64,000 nucleotides of DNA from Octopus sinensis. Lineage: Eukaryota. Below, piece after piece: positions 1-12,100 of this stretch (within the stretch, counting starts at the first letter, position 1; every line of letters begins with the position of its first letter). Below the pieces are notes generated by a model. That model did not search any database, had not been told where the DNA came from, and worked only from the letters and a program-made list of their open reading frames with translations. The position numbers and the translations under genes were made by a program. The DNA lies in the NCBI RefSeq assembly GCF_006345805.1, contig NC_043023.1, forward strand, positions 18,476,001 to 18,540,000, in the 5' to 3' direction.

Positions 1-1528
1 GGCAATGGGCCGAGAGGAAACTGTCCCTAAAAGGTCGGGCGGAGGTGGCGAACACGTATATCGCGTCCGTCATCTACTACCGCCTGACCGACGTGCCTTG
101 TCCCGACCCTACCATCACCAAACTAGAACGCATTCTCTTTCGCTTCTTGTGGAAAGGATGCGTCCCGATTGTCAGGCGATCCATTTGCTGTCAACACCCG
201 TTAGAAGGAGGACTGGGCATGCCGTGGTTGATGATGCGAAGACACGCGCTGAGACTGCGACATCTCAGGCTCTTCGTAGACGACGGTGAACAGGTGTGGT
301 CGCCGTTTGTGAGGCACGCTTTCCCGCAGCTCGTCTCCATGACCGAACTGCAGTCGTGGATCAAAAAGAGGCCGAGGAAGGGCGAATGGCACCGCGAGTG
401 TCCCGTTGCTCTCAAGCAACTCTGCCGTCCCGGGTCGACCTTGAGTGACTTCATCACAACCAAAGCATTCTATAGGGGATTAGTGGAGGGGAGGTACGAC
501 GACGAGGTCGGGGCGAACCTGGACGTCGACGAGGAGTACCTGACCCACCTGTTCGAGACGACTTTCGGGCCAGGGCCCATGGACAACTTCCAGAGATCCT
601 TGGCCTGGCAGTGCTACCGAGAAGCGCTACCCGCTCGGGATAAGCTCTACAGACACGGCTCGATAAACACGGGGCCGACCTGCCCGAGACGAAACCGTTC
701 TGCATGCACTCGTGCAGTGTCCAACAATTTGCGACCTGTGGGATAATGTCGAACAACTGCTGTCACGTGTGGGACGAGTCGGTTTATCAGCTGAGTCTAT
801 CGTCAATATTGTCACGCCTCCTTCCTTCAAACGGGAAGGAAGAGCTATTTTCATCATCCTTGTGGCTATGGCGAAAGAATGTATCTGGTGGACGCGTCTG
901 AAAGGATTAGAGACAAACACTTTCCTCTCTGGTCAATTTCTCATCAACTTCTTCAAGTACCACTTGAAAAGGAAAGTGAGAGTAGAGAGGCAAGTTTTGT
1001 CTAGCGAATGTTTTAAAAAAAGATGGGTGAATGTAGCAAGGATGGCACGTATGAATGACGAAGCCACCTTGAGCATAATCCTATGAACCCAGAAATTGAA
1101 AACAGTGGGTTACCCACTTGCAAACAAATGTGGTAACATATAACAATATTGGCCAAGGTTACCGTGGTCTTTTTCGTAGGCTTTTCTTCCCACAGATAAA
1201 CCTTACTTGATTTCCACTTTACATCATATATCATAACACTGTGATACACGATCCCTATTGATCGTTTTTTTTCCGCTTCCCTTTTTTCCCCCTTTTCCTT
1301 CTTTTTTCATTTCTCTTTCCTTTTGTTCCTTTTCCTTTTCCTCTTTTTTTAATTTTTAATTTTTCTTATTTTTTTCCCTTTTACGATCCCTTTAGATCGA
1401 AAACCTACGCCACATTTTTTTGTTTCTTTTGTTTTTTTGTTTTTTTGTTTTTTTCATCCCCCAAAAGAAAAGCTCTACCTTGTAACTTGTCTCATCTGTG
1501 TGCAGCGCTGTGTGGCCAATAAAGAAAC

Positions 1529-1529
<1 letters not shown>
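1..1529 (+). mobile_element. Tx1/L1-clade non-LTR retrotransposon, 3' part (ORF2 C-terminus, 3' UTR), frameshifted near 690
   Basis: ORFs 45-746 and 712-1086 give LFRFLWKG, WQCYREALP and a broken CCHC region (14-bp deletion vs the copy at 4458). AATAAA at 1518-1523, then (TATC)n. Confidence 0.9.
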
Positions 1530-1582
<53 letters not shown>

Positions 1583-1627
1583 GTCTGTCTATCTATCTAT
1601 ATATCTATCTATCTATCTATCTGTCTG

Positions 1628-1661
<34 letters not shown>
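1530..1661 (+). repeat. (TATC)n microsatellite
   Basis: Read directly; separates Tx1 copies 1 and 2. Confidence 0.98.
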
Positions 1662-4197
1662 GATAGAAGGTTGCGTCGTCAGAGCTAAAATGCGTGCCTT
1701 AAGGAACGAAGGGATCGAAGCTACGCGAGAGGCCCGGGTAGCAGAGGCGCTTCGTGGCAACAGATCAACCATTCGGTCTCTAATAGATCAACAGGGATGC
1801 AGTTTACTCGAACCCGAAAGGATGTGTGAGGCCTTTCAACAGCACTTTGCTCGACTGTTTGGTGCGAGTGGTGGGTCGGAACACGGGATGGATTTCAGTG
1901 CCTACCTGACCGACCTGCCGCGGCTCTCGGCAAGAGAAGCGGAGTGTTGTGAAAGTCCCATCACAGCCGCTGACGTGTGGGATGCGATGGCGGGCTGAGC
2001 GAGGGATAAGTCACCTGGATTGGATGGTTTACCCTACGAGCTGTATTGTCGAATGCCAGACTTGTTTGGCCACCTCTTGGCATCAGTCTACTGCAACTGG
2101 CAACAAAACGGGAGAATCCCCGGTTTCGTGAGCCGAGGTGCAGTGACGTTGCTGAAGAACGACTCAAACAAAGGGAATTTTATAGATAATTTCAGGCTCA
2201 TCACTCTGCTCAACGCAGATTTGAAAATTTTGGCCAAAGTAATAGCCGAGAGGTTGGCGCTTGTCATTGGTAAACTGGTCGACAGGGCGCAAACATGCGC
2301 CGTGCCGGGCAGAACCATACATGACAACCTCCATCTGATGCGCTACATTGTGGACAGGGTAGTTAAGGATCCTGGCATGGGTGGGGCGCTGATAAATTTG
2401 GATCAGTCTAAAGCCTTCGATAGGGTCGACCATAGGTACTTGGCGGCCGTCCTCAGGGCGGCTGGCTTCGGTCCCGTCTTTCGCGGTTGGATCGCTGCCT
2501 TGTATAGCGGCATCCGATCGGTGATTCGGGTGAACGGTCACCTGTCGAAACCGTTTGACATCACGCGTTCGGTTCGTCAGGGGTGTCCCCTGTCGGCGCT
2601 TCTGTATGTATTGACTCTTGAGCCGCTACTGCGGAAGCTGGCGACACTGAGGGGCATCCCACGGGAACTGGGTTGCGGGACGAGCGTGTCGGCATATGCG
2701 GACGATGTCACCGTCATAGTGTCGAGCGACAAACACATCAAGATGATAGGCGAGACACTAAGAAAATATGAAACGGTGACGGGAGCAAAGATTAACCCGG
2801 AAAAGTCAGTGGGTTTGCTACTCGGCACCTGGAGAAGCAAGTCCATGCCGTCCGACTGCGGCTCAGTAGTGGGACGCTGGACGGACGGACCGGTTAAATT
2901 GCTCGGGGTCTGGTTCAGTCCGGACCTCCAAATGGATAAGAACTGGGACGAGATCACGAGTAGAGTGGTCGCTCTCAGCTAAACATGGGCCGAGAGAAAG
3001 CTGTCTATAAAAGGCCGGGCGGAGGTGGCGAACGCGTACATCGCATCCGTCATCGATTACCGCCTGACCGTCGTACCTTGTCCCGACGCCACCATCACCA
3101 AACTGGAACGCATACTCTTCCGCTTCCTATGGAAGGGTGGCGTTCCGATGGTGAGGAAGTCCATTTGCTGTCAACATCCGTTGAATGGAGGACTGGGCAT
3201 GCCGTGGTTGATGATGCGCAGGCATGCGCTGAGACTGCGACATCTCTGGAAATTCATCGACGACGGTGAACAGGTGTGGGCGCCGTTTGTGAGGCGCGAC
3301 TTCCCGCAGCTCGTCTCACTGACCGAACTGCAAACGTGGATCAAAAAGAGACCGAAACTGGGCGATTGGCACCGAGAGTGTCGCCAAGCTCTACAGCAGC
3401 TCTGCCGACCGGGGTCAAACTTGTGCAACTTCCAAACGACTAAAGCGTTCTATAGAGGACTAGTGGAGGGGAGGTCCGGCGACACACACGGGGCAAACCT
3501 GGGCGTCGACGAGGAATTCCTAACCCGCCTGTTCAGAACGACGTTCGGGCCGGGGCCTATGGATAACTTCCAGAAATTCCTGGCTTGGCAGTGCTATCGA
3601 GACGCATTACCTGTTCGAGAGAAGAGCTACAGACACGGTTCGAAAACCATCACCGGACCGAACTACCCGAGATGCGGTCAGAGCGACGAAACCGTTCTGC
3701 ACGGACTCGTGCAGTGTCCAGATATTTCAGAGCTGTGGTCCTTCGTCGAACAGCTGTTTTCACGTGTAGGTCAGGCTCGCCTATCGGCCGAGTCTGTCGT
3801 GAATATTGTTCCACCACCTTCCTTTAAACGGGAAGGGAAAACGGTTTTCGTTACGCTGATGGCTATGGCGAAAGAATGTGTGGTGGACACGTTTGAAAGG
3901 ACTGCAAACAAACACCTTCCTCTCTGGTCAGTCTCTCGTCAACTTTTTCAAGTACCACTTGAAAAGGAGGATGAGAATAGAGAGGAAGGCTTTGTAGAAC
4001 GAATGTTTTAATAAAAAGTGGGTAAAAGTGGCAAAAATGGTCAGTATGAAAGACGACACTATTTTAAGCATAAATCTGTAACCAAAAGAGACAACGAGAA
4101 GTAAGGCGACTTACTCATGTGTTCCTTTTCGAATTGCCTGAGGTGACCTTGGTCGTTTTTGTAGGTTTTTCTTTCCAAGGCTACACCTAAACTGTGA

Positions 4198-4236
<39 letters not shown>

Positions 4237-4392
4237 CTTTTTTATACACCACACAACCCACAGATCCCTATTGATCAAACGTTTTTTTTTTCTTTTTTTG
4301 CCCCACCCATCCCACCTCGAAAAGAAAAAATTCTACATCGTATTTCGTCCATTTTTATTCTGTGTTTAGCCCTGTGTGGCTACAATAAAACG

Positions 4393-4393
<1 letters not shown>
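1662..4393 (+). mobile_element. 5'-truncated Tx1/L1-clade LINE (RT domain to 3' UTR), divergent subfamily, pseudogenised
   Basis: ORFs 1498-1998, 2020-2982 and 3025-4011 share one frame broken by TGA (1996) and TAA (2980). RT motifs KSPGLDGLPYELY, LDQSKAFDRVDH, RQGCPLS, SAYADD. AATAAA at 4384, then (TATC)n. Confidence 0.93.

Positions 4394-4457
<64 letters not shown>
4394..4457 (+). repeat. (TATC)n microsatellite
   Basis: Read directly; separates Tx1 copies 2 and 3. Confidence 0.98.
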
Positions 4458-4459
<2 letters not shown>

Positions 4460-5815
4460 CTTGTGGAAAGGATGCGTCCCGATGGTCAGGCGATCCATTT
4501 GCTGTCAACACCCGTTAAAAGGAGGGCTGGGCATGCCGTGGTTGATGATGCGCAGACATGCGCTGAGACTGCGACATCTCCGGCTCTATGTAGACGACGG
4601 TGAACAGGTGTGGTCGCCGTTTGTGAGGCACGCATTCCCGCAACTCGTCTCCATGACCGAACTACAGTCGTGGATCAAAAAGAGGCCGAAGAAGGGCGAA
4701 TGGCACCGCGAGTGTCGCGTTGCTCTCAAGCAACTCTGCCGTCCCGGGTCGACCTTGAGTGACTTCAACACAACCAAAGCATTCTATAGGGGATTAGTGG
4801 AGGGGAGGTACGACGACGAGCTCGGGGCAAACCTGGGCGTCGACGAGGAATACCTGACCCGCCTGTTTCAAACGACTTTCGGCCCGGGACCTATGGACAA
4901 CTTCCAGAGATCCTTGGCCTGGCGGTGCTACCGAGAAGCGCTACCCGTTCGGGATAAGCTCTATAGGCATGGCTCGAGAAACACGGGGCCGACCTGCCCG
5001 AGATGCGGGCAGAGCGACGAAACCGCTCTGCACACAATCGTGCAGTGTCCAGCAATTTCCCACCTGTGGGCTTATGTCGAACGACTGCTGTCACGTGTGG
5101 GACATGTCGGTTTATCAGCCGAGTCTATCGTTAATATCGTCACGCCTCCTTCCTTCAAACGGGAAGGAAGAGCTATTTTTATCATACTTGTGGCTATGGC
5201 GAAAGAATGTATCTGGTGGACGCGTCAGAAAGGATTAGAGACAAACACTTTCCTCTCTGGTCAATCTCTCATCAACTTCTTCAAGTATCACTTGAAGAAA
5301 AAAGTGAGAGTAGAGAGGCAAGTTTTGTCTAGTGAATGTTTTAAAAAAAGATGGGTGAATGTAGCAAGGATGGCACGTATGAATGACGAAGCCACCTTGA
5401 CTATGATTCTATGAACCGTAAAAATTAATACAGAGAGTTGCTTATTTGCAAAAAAAAAAAAAGAAATATAACATGTAACTTCATTGACCGAGGTTACCGT
5501 GGTCTTTTCCGTAGGCTTTTCTTTCCACGGGTAAACCTCACCTGTCCTCCTCTTTACACTTCATATTGACATTTCTGTGATAACGATCCCTATTGATCAA
5601 TTTTTTTTCCTCTCCCCCTTTTTTTTAACCCCCCCTTTTTTTGTCCTCTTTCTCTCCTTTTACGATCCCTTTTGATCGACTCCCCCCTTTTTTTTATTTT
5701 ATTTTAATTTTATTTTTTTATTTTTTATTTTTTTATTTTTAAACCTTGAAAAGAAAAGCTCTACCTTGTAATTTGTTCTATCTGTGTGCAGCCCTGTGTG
5801 GCTAATAAAGAAACA
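4458..5815 (+). mobile_element. 5'-truncated Tx1/L1-clade LINE, ORF2 C-terminus still open
   Basis: ORF 4461-5414 uninterrupted, with CPRCGQSDETALHTIVQC zinc knuckle. Very similar to copy 1. AATAAA at 5804, then (TATC)n. Confidence 0.92.
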
Positions 5816-5839
5816 TATCTATCTATCTATGTATCTATG

Positions 5840-5882
<43 letters not shown>

Positions 5883-5893
5883 ATATCTGTCTT

Positions 5894-5936
<43 letters not shown>

Positions 5937-5941
5937 GTCTG

Positions 5942-5987
<46 letters not shown>

Positions 5988-6023
5988 CATCTATCAATCT
6001 ATCTATCTATCTATCTATCTATG

Positions 6024-6058
<35 letters not shown>

Positions 6059-6103
6059 TTATCTATCTATCTATCTTTCTATCTGTCTATCAATCTATCT
6101 ATA

Positions 6104-6180
<77 letters not shown>

Positions 6181-6220
6181 ATCTGTCTATCAATCTATCT
6201 ATCTATCTATCTATCCATCC

Positions 6221-6255
<35 letters not shown>

Positions 6256-6369
6256 CATCTATCTATCCATCTATCTATCTATCTATCTATGTATCTATCT
6301 ATCTATCTATCTATCCATCTATCAATCTATCTGTCTATCTGTCTGTCTATCTATCTATCCACCTATCAA
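5816..6369 (+). repeat. Long imperfect (TATC)n array
   Basis: Read directly; source of the YLSI low-complexity ORFs. Confidence 0.98.
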
Positions 6370-6469
6370 TCTTTTCGCCTTCCTTCTTGTATGTTATTTT
6401 GTCAAAGACGTATTCAACATCAACTACGTAGCATACGTGGTGCCCCTTGACCACCACCACCACCACCCG

Positions 6470-6770
6470 GTCTGATATGTTATCTTTAATCACCTGATCT
6501 GTTTGGATCGGAAGATCTCAGAGGATTTTGCTACCCTCTGCAGTTTATTCTAATACCACATCTTGGCCCCCTCTAGTCCTCACTTTTCGCATAATTTCCA
6601 ATGTAGCACTTTCGCCACCTGGTCGTGCCGCCACATCTTGTGGTTTCGGACAAATCTAGGGTGTTCGCTCGTGATAGGGGCAATGATTTCTTCCACTCTG
6701 TTGCAGATGCGGCACTTCGGAAAAACTTATTACTAAGACTGAACCTCCGGGCAGGGGTTTGGTCTTGCGC
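6470..6770 (-). mobile_element. Degenerate R4/Dong-like (RLE-type) non-LTR fragment
   Basis: Minus-strand translation gives PKCRICNRVEE and RHDQVAKVLHWKLCEK with stops, homologous to the better copy at 16599-17246. Confidence 0.7.
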
Positions 6771-6773
6771 TTA

Positions 6774-6886
6774 TCATCATCATCATCATAACCACCACCA
6801 CCACCACCACCACCGCCACCACCACCACCACCACCACCACCACCACCTCCACCATCATCGTCGTCGTCGTCGTAGTCGTCGTCGTC

Positions 6887-6929
<43 letters not shown>

Positions 6930-6962
6930 TAACAATAATAATAATAATTATTATCATTATTA
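6774..6962. repeat. Compound trinucleotide microsatellite (CAT/CAC/CGT/TAA)
   Basis: Read directly. Confidence 0.95.
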
Positions 6963-6965
6963 TTT

Positions 6966-8051
6966 CCGCTGAGGTCGACTTTGCCTTTCATCCTTTCGGG
7001 GTCGATAAATTAAGTAGCAATTACGCAATGGGGTCGATGTAATCGACTTAATCAATTTGTCTGTCCTTGTTTGTCCCTTCTGTGTTTAGCCCCTTGTGGG
7101 TAGTAAAGAAATAGGTATTTCGTCTGCCGTTACGTTCTGAGTTCAAATTCCGCCGAGGTCGACTTTGCATTTCATGCTTTCGGGGTCAATAAATTAAGTA
7201 CCCGTTACGCAAAGGGGTCGATGTAATCGGCTTAATCCGTTTGTCTGTCTTTGTTCGTCCCCTCTGTGTTTAGCCCCTTGTGGGTAGTAAAGAAATAGGT
7301 ATTTCGTCTGCCGTTACGTTCTGAGTTCAAATTCCGCCGAGGTCGACTTTGCCTTTCATCCTTTCGGGGACGATAAATTAAGTACCTGTTACGCAAAGGG
7401 GTCGATGTAATCGGCTTAATCCGTTTGTCTGTCTTTGTTCGTCCCCTCTGTGTTTAGCCCCTTGAGGGTAGTAATGAAATAGGTATTTCGGCTGCCGCTA
7501 CGTTCTGTGTTCATACTCGAACGAGGTCAACTTTGCATTTCATCCTTTCGGGGTCGATAAATTAAGTGCCAGTTACGCACTGGGGTCGATATAATCGACT
7601 TAATCCGTTTATCTGTCCTTGATTGTCTCCTCTGTTTAGCCCCTTGTGGATAGTAAAGAAATAAGTATTTCGTCTGCCGCTACGTTTTGAGTTCAAATTC
7701 CGCTGAGGTCGACTTTGCCTTTCATCCATTCGGGGTCGACTTTGCCTTTCATCCTTTCGTGGTCGATAAATTAAGTACCAGTTACGCACTGGGATCGATA
7801 TAATCGACTTAATCCCTTTGTCTGTCCTTCTTTGTCCCCTCTATGTTTAGCCCCTTGTGGGCAGTAAAGAAATAGGTATTTCGTCTGCCGTTACGTTCTG
7901 AGTTCAAATTCCGCCGAGGTCGACTTTGCCTTTTATCGTTTGGGGATCGATTAAATAAATACCAGTTACGCACTGGGCCGATGTAATCAGCTTAATCCAT
8001 TTCACTGTTCTTTTTTGTCCCCTCTATGTTTACCCCCTTGTGGGTAGTAAA
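6966..8051 (+). repeat. Head-to-tail array of about six ~184-bp SINE-body units (B-box, central domain, tail; no A-box)
   Basis: Unit starts near 7114, 7298, 7482, 7664, 7875. Each has GAGTTCAAATTCC and GGTCGACTTTGCCTTTCATCCTTTCGGGGTCGATAAATTAAGTACC. Confidence 0.9.
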
Positions 8052-8391
8052 GTAGTATATACATAGTTATATTTTGACAAACTTAAAAATAATTATTTTT
8101 AGGCATCACACATGACTTCTAAGCTTGGAATATCGCTGGTGAGTTTCCTCTAAATTTACTCTTTATACTATTTATACAATTTCCAAGCGCTGAAATTATA
8201 ACTTTTGTTTTGCGGATGCATGTAGGTTCCTACTGAAGAAGATTCTCCCAATTCTAATGAGAGAACTTCTGAGACTTTTACCATTCTATTAATTTTCGTT
8301 TTTGGATTTGGTTTGCAAGATTCTTTATATGAGTTCGTGTGTTGAAACATATTCTGTTGTCTGGGGACAGTCTATAATATAACACACTCAC

Positions 8392-8582
8392 CGGTAAAAT
8401 TTCCAATCTTTTCTTATTTTTATTTTCCTAAAATTTTCCTTGTGTCTTGCAACCTTTTCAATAGTCTTTCCCACAAATTTAAATAGAGGAGTAGTTTTAT
8501 GAAAGAATGTATTCGTCTCTCCTGTAACGTGGTACCTAAACGACCTGCCATAGTAGTCAGCCAAGAGAGGCCGCTGCCACAC
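8392..8582 (-). CDS. Candidate internal coding exon (191 nt), product unknown
   Basis: Acceptor TTTCTAATAG, donor GTGAGT. One frame is open throughout: VWQRPLLADYYGRSFRYHVTGETNTFFHKTTPLFKFVGKTIEKVARHKENFRKIKIRKDWKFY. No partner exon found. Confidence 0.4.
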
Positions 8583-8798
8583 CTATTAGAAACAGCAAAG
8601 AAACTACAAACAATAAAACACAATACTGTAAGCAAGTGTGACGAAGACGACGATGACGACGACTACAACAAGGACAACACTAATACCAGTGTGAACTGCA
8701 ACGACTCCTACAATAGCAAGAACTAAAGCACAACAATACGGTGTAATCAGCAGCAGCAATAATGCTATCCATTATGACGTCAACAGGTTTAGCAGCAG

Positions 8799-9665
8799 CA
8801 GAAATGTTAGCACACCGGGCGAAATGCAAGCCGTATTCGTCTGCCGCTACGTACTGAGTTCAAATTCCGCCGAGGTCGACTTTGCCTCTCATCCTTTCGG
8901 GATCGATTAAATAAGTACCAGTTACGCACTGGGGTCCATATAACCGACTTAATCCGTTTGTCTGTCCTTGTCTGTCCTGTCTGTGTTTAGCCCCTTGTGG
9001 GTAGTAAAGAAATAGGTATTTCGTCTGCGCTTACATTATGAGTTCAAATTCCGCCGAGGTCCACTTTGCCATTCATCCTTTCGGGGTCGATTAAATAAGT
9101 ACCTATTTCTTTATTACCCACAAGGGGCTAAACATAGATGGGACAAACAAGGACAGACATAGGTATTAAGTCGATTCCATCGACCCCAGTGGGTAACTGG
9201 TATTTAATTTATCGACCCCGAAAGGATAAAAGGCAAAGTCGACCTCGGCGGAATTTGAACTCAGAACGTAGCGGCAGACGAAATACGGCTACGCATTTCG
9301 CCCGGTGTGCTAACGTTTCTTCCAGCTCGCCACCTTATCTGCCAGCTCGCCGCCTTTCTGCCAGCTCGCCGCCTTAAATAAGTACCAGTTACGCACTGGG
9401 GTCGATATAATCGACTTAATCTGTTTATCTGTCCTTGTTTGTCCTCTCTGTGTTTATCCCCTTTTGGGTAGTAAAGAAATAGGTATTTCGTCTGCCGCTA
9501 CGTACTGAGTTCAAATTCCGCCGTGGTCAACTTTGCTTTTCATCCTTTCAGGGTCGATTAAATAAGTACCAGTTACGCACCTAGGTCGATGTAATCGACT
9601 TAATCCGTTTGTCTGTCCTTGTTTGTCCCCTCTGTGTTTAGCCCCTTGTGGGTAATAAAGAAATA
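8799..9665. mobile_element. Cluster of tRNA-derived SINEs, including a minus-strand copy (9104-9373) nested in a plus-strand copy
   Basis: tRNA-like head with A-box (TGGCAGAAACGTTAG) and B-box (GTTCAAATTCC). The central domain resembles the Meta domain (from recall). TTAAATAAGTACC duplicated at 9091-9103 and 9374-9386. Confidence 0.85.
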
Positions 9666-10150
9666 GGTTTATTTCTTTATCTCTGGCCACAATTTTTCGA
9701 TCATATGTTCCTTTCCACTTGAAAAGGAAGCTTTGGCTGGCGAAGAGATGTCTGTCGGAGTGTACGTTCCAAAAGAGATGGAAGCATGTTGCACGAGTGT
9801 TGTGCGTGCAAGGAACCGTGTGAATAGACGGGGGGGGGAGAAGAAAAAGGTATCAGCGATAGATCGGGGCTTGTGGGGTCGGAGCGTGGTCTGATCATCG
9901 CTTCATTTGTATTGTCTTTGTATTGTTAATTCCATTCGATTTTTTATATATTATATTTAAATTTTTAAAGTCACATTATATGTAAAATCATATCGCTTCA
10001 CTGATCCCATCAGTTGTTCAGTCCATTTCTATGTTTGGCCCCCGGTGGGTAGTAAAAAATAGGTATTTCGTCTGTCTTTACGTTCTGTGTTCAAATTCCG
10101 CCGAGATCGACTTCGATTTTCATGCTTTCAGGGCCGATAAATTAAGTACC

Positions 10151-10377
10151 TATTTCTTTACTAACCACAGGGGGCTAAACACAGAGGGGACAAACAAGGA
10201 CAGACAAACGGATTAGGTCGATCACATCGACCCCAGTGCGTAACTGGTACTTATTTAATCGACCCCGAAAGGATGAAAGGCAAAGTCGACCTCGGCGGAA
10301 TTTGAACTCAGAACGTAGCAGCAGACGAAATACGGCTACGCATTTGGCCCGGCGTACTACGTTTCTGCCAGCTCGCC
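10151..10377 (-). mobile_element. Full-length tRNA-derived SINE nested in another SINE copy
   Basis: Flanked by CGATAAATTAAGTACC at 10135-10150 and 10380-10395; same arrangement near 14000 and 19740. Confidence 0.85.
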
Positions 10378-10702
10378 ATCGATAAATTAAGTACCTGTTG
10401 CGTACTGGGGTCGGTCTAATCGAATGGGCCCCTCCCCCAAAATTTCGCGTTTTGCCCAGCAAAATAATCTGCGAGTTTTCATCACATAATAATTCTTTCT
10501 ACAATAGGCACAAAGCCTGAAATTTTAAGGTAGAGGGCTTGTCAATTACATCGACCCCTGTGTTTTACTGGTACTTGTCTAATCGACCCCGAAAGGACGA
10601 AAAGCAAAGGCAGACTCGGCCGAATTTGAACTCAGAACGTTGCGGCTGTTTTCGACACAATAATAAAAACAATAATAGGACGTCCAATAATAATGATGAT
10701 AC

Positions 10703-11437
10703 ATGTGTGTGTGTGTGTATGCGTGTGTGTGTGTGTGAGTTTGTGTGTGTGCTTGTGTGTGTGTGTGCGTGTGTGTGTGCGTGCGTGTGTGTGTGTATGC
10801 GTGTGTGCGTGTGTGTGTGTGTGGATGGATACGTATTAATATATGTGTGTGAAAGTGTGTTCTTGTGTGTGTGTGTGTGTGTGTGTATGTGTGCTTGTGT
10901 GTATGTGGATGGATGGATGAATGGATGGATACCTATTGCTATGTGGGTGCGTGGGTGCTTGTGTGTGCTTGTGTGTCTGTGTGTGTGTGTGTGGATGGAT
11001 GGATGGATGAATGGATGGATACGTATTAATATATATGTGTGTACCTGCGTGCTTGTGTGTGTGTGTTTGTTTGTGTGTGTGTGGATGGACGGATAGGTAT
11101 TAATATATATGTGTGTTTGTGCGTGTGTGCTTTTGCGTGCGAGTGTGTGCTTGTGTGTTTGTGGATGGATGGATGAATGGATGGATATATATTAATATAT
11201 GTGTGTTTACGTGTGTGTGTGTGTGTGTGTGTGTGCGTATGTGCATGTGTATTTGTGTGTGTGTGGATGGATTAATGGATGGATACGTATTAATACATAT
11301 GTGTATACGTGTGTGCTTGTGTGTGTGTGTGTGTGCGTACGTGCGTGTGTATTTGTGTGTGTGTGTTTGGATGGATGAATGGATGGATACGTATTAATAT
11401 ATATGTGTATACGTGTGTGTGTGTGTGCGTGTGTGTA
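10703..11437. repeat. Compound (GT)n/(GGAT)n minisatellite punctuated by GGATACGTATTAATATAT; paralogs at ~14557-15291, 20306-20792, 24197-24806
   Basis: Read directly. Confidence 0.9.
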
Positions 11438-11717
11438 GTCCAAAGATGAGATTTAGAGATATTTGGCGTAGAAAACACTAAATAGCGCTCAAAAGATTCA
11501 AGAGTCCAATGTCTTTCCAGGGGATCATTCACAAAAGAATAAAGAATTACTGTAAGGAGGATCGAGTTGAGTGGATATAGAGTTAATTATGCGGATAAAC
11601 AAATTAAACACATCAAATATATTAAATACACGAAATATAATAGTTTGAGTATGAAATACTCAATATGTATACATATATACGTGCAAAACGTAAGAATACA
11701 AAATGAGGAGACTTTCA

Positions 11718-11736
11718 GATCAGGGATTTTTTAGGG

Positions 11737-11821
<85 letters not shown>

Positions 11822-11841
11822 TGATGATGATGATGAAAATG

Positions 11842-11895
<54 letters not shown>
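11718..11895. repeat. (TAA)n/(TGA)n array, empty state of an insertion site
   Basis: Same flanks as the array at 15591 that is split by ~1.7 kb of insertions. Confidence 0.9.
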
Positions 11896-12069
11896 GTCAT
11901 TTCTACAATAGGCACAAGACCTGAATTTTGGGGAAAAGGGGACTAGTCGATTACATCTGGTACTTAATTATCGACCCCGAAAGGATGAAAGGCAAAGTCG
12001 ACCTTGGCGGAATAATAATAATAATAATGATGATGATGATGATGATAATAAAAATATTAATAATAATAA

Positions 12070-12100
<31 letters not shown>

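Noticed and set aside
5784-6475. Long ORFs such as YLSI, CV, NNN, III, KKKM and YI repeats here and across the window
   Set aside because: Translations of microsatellites.
8103-8138. 36-nt plus-strand mini-exon candidate (TTTTAG...GTGAGT)
   Set aside because: Too short to support and no partner exon found.
11438-11560. Repeated minus-strand ORF NDPLERHWTLESFERYLVFSTPNISK with a nearby acceptor-like site
   Set aside because: No donor before it runs into microsatellite, no recognisable domain, and conservation is explained by segmental duplication.
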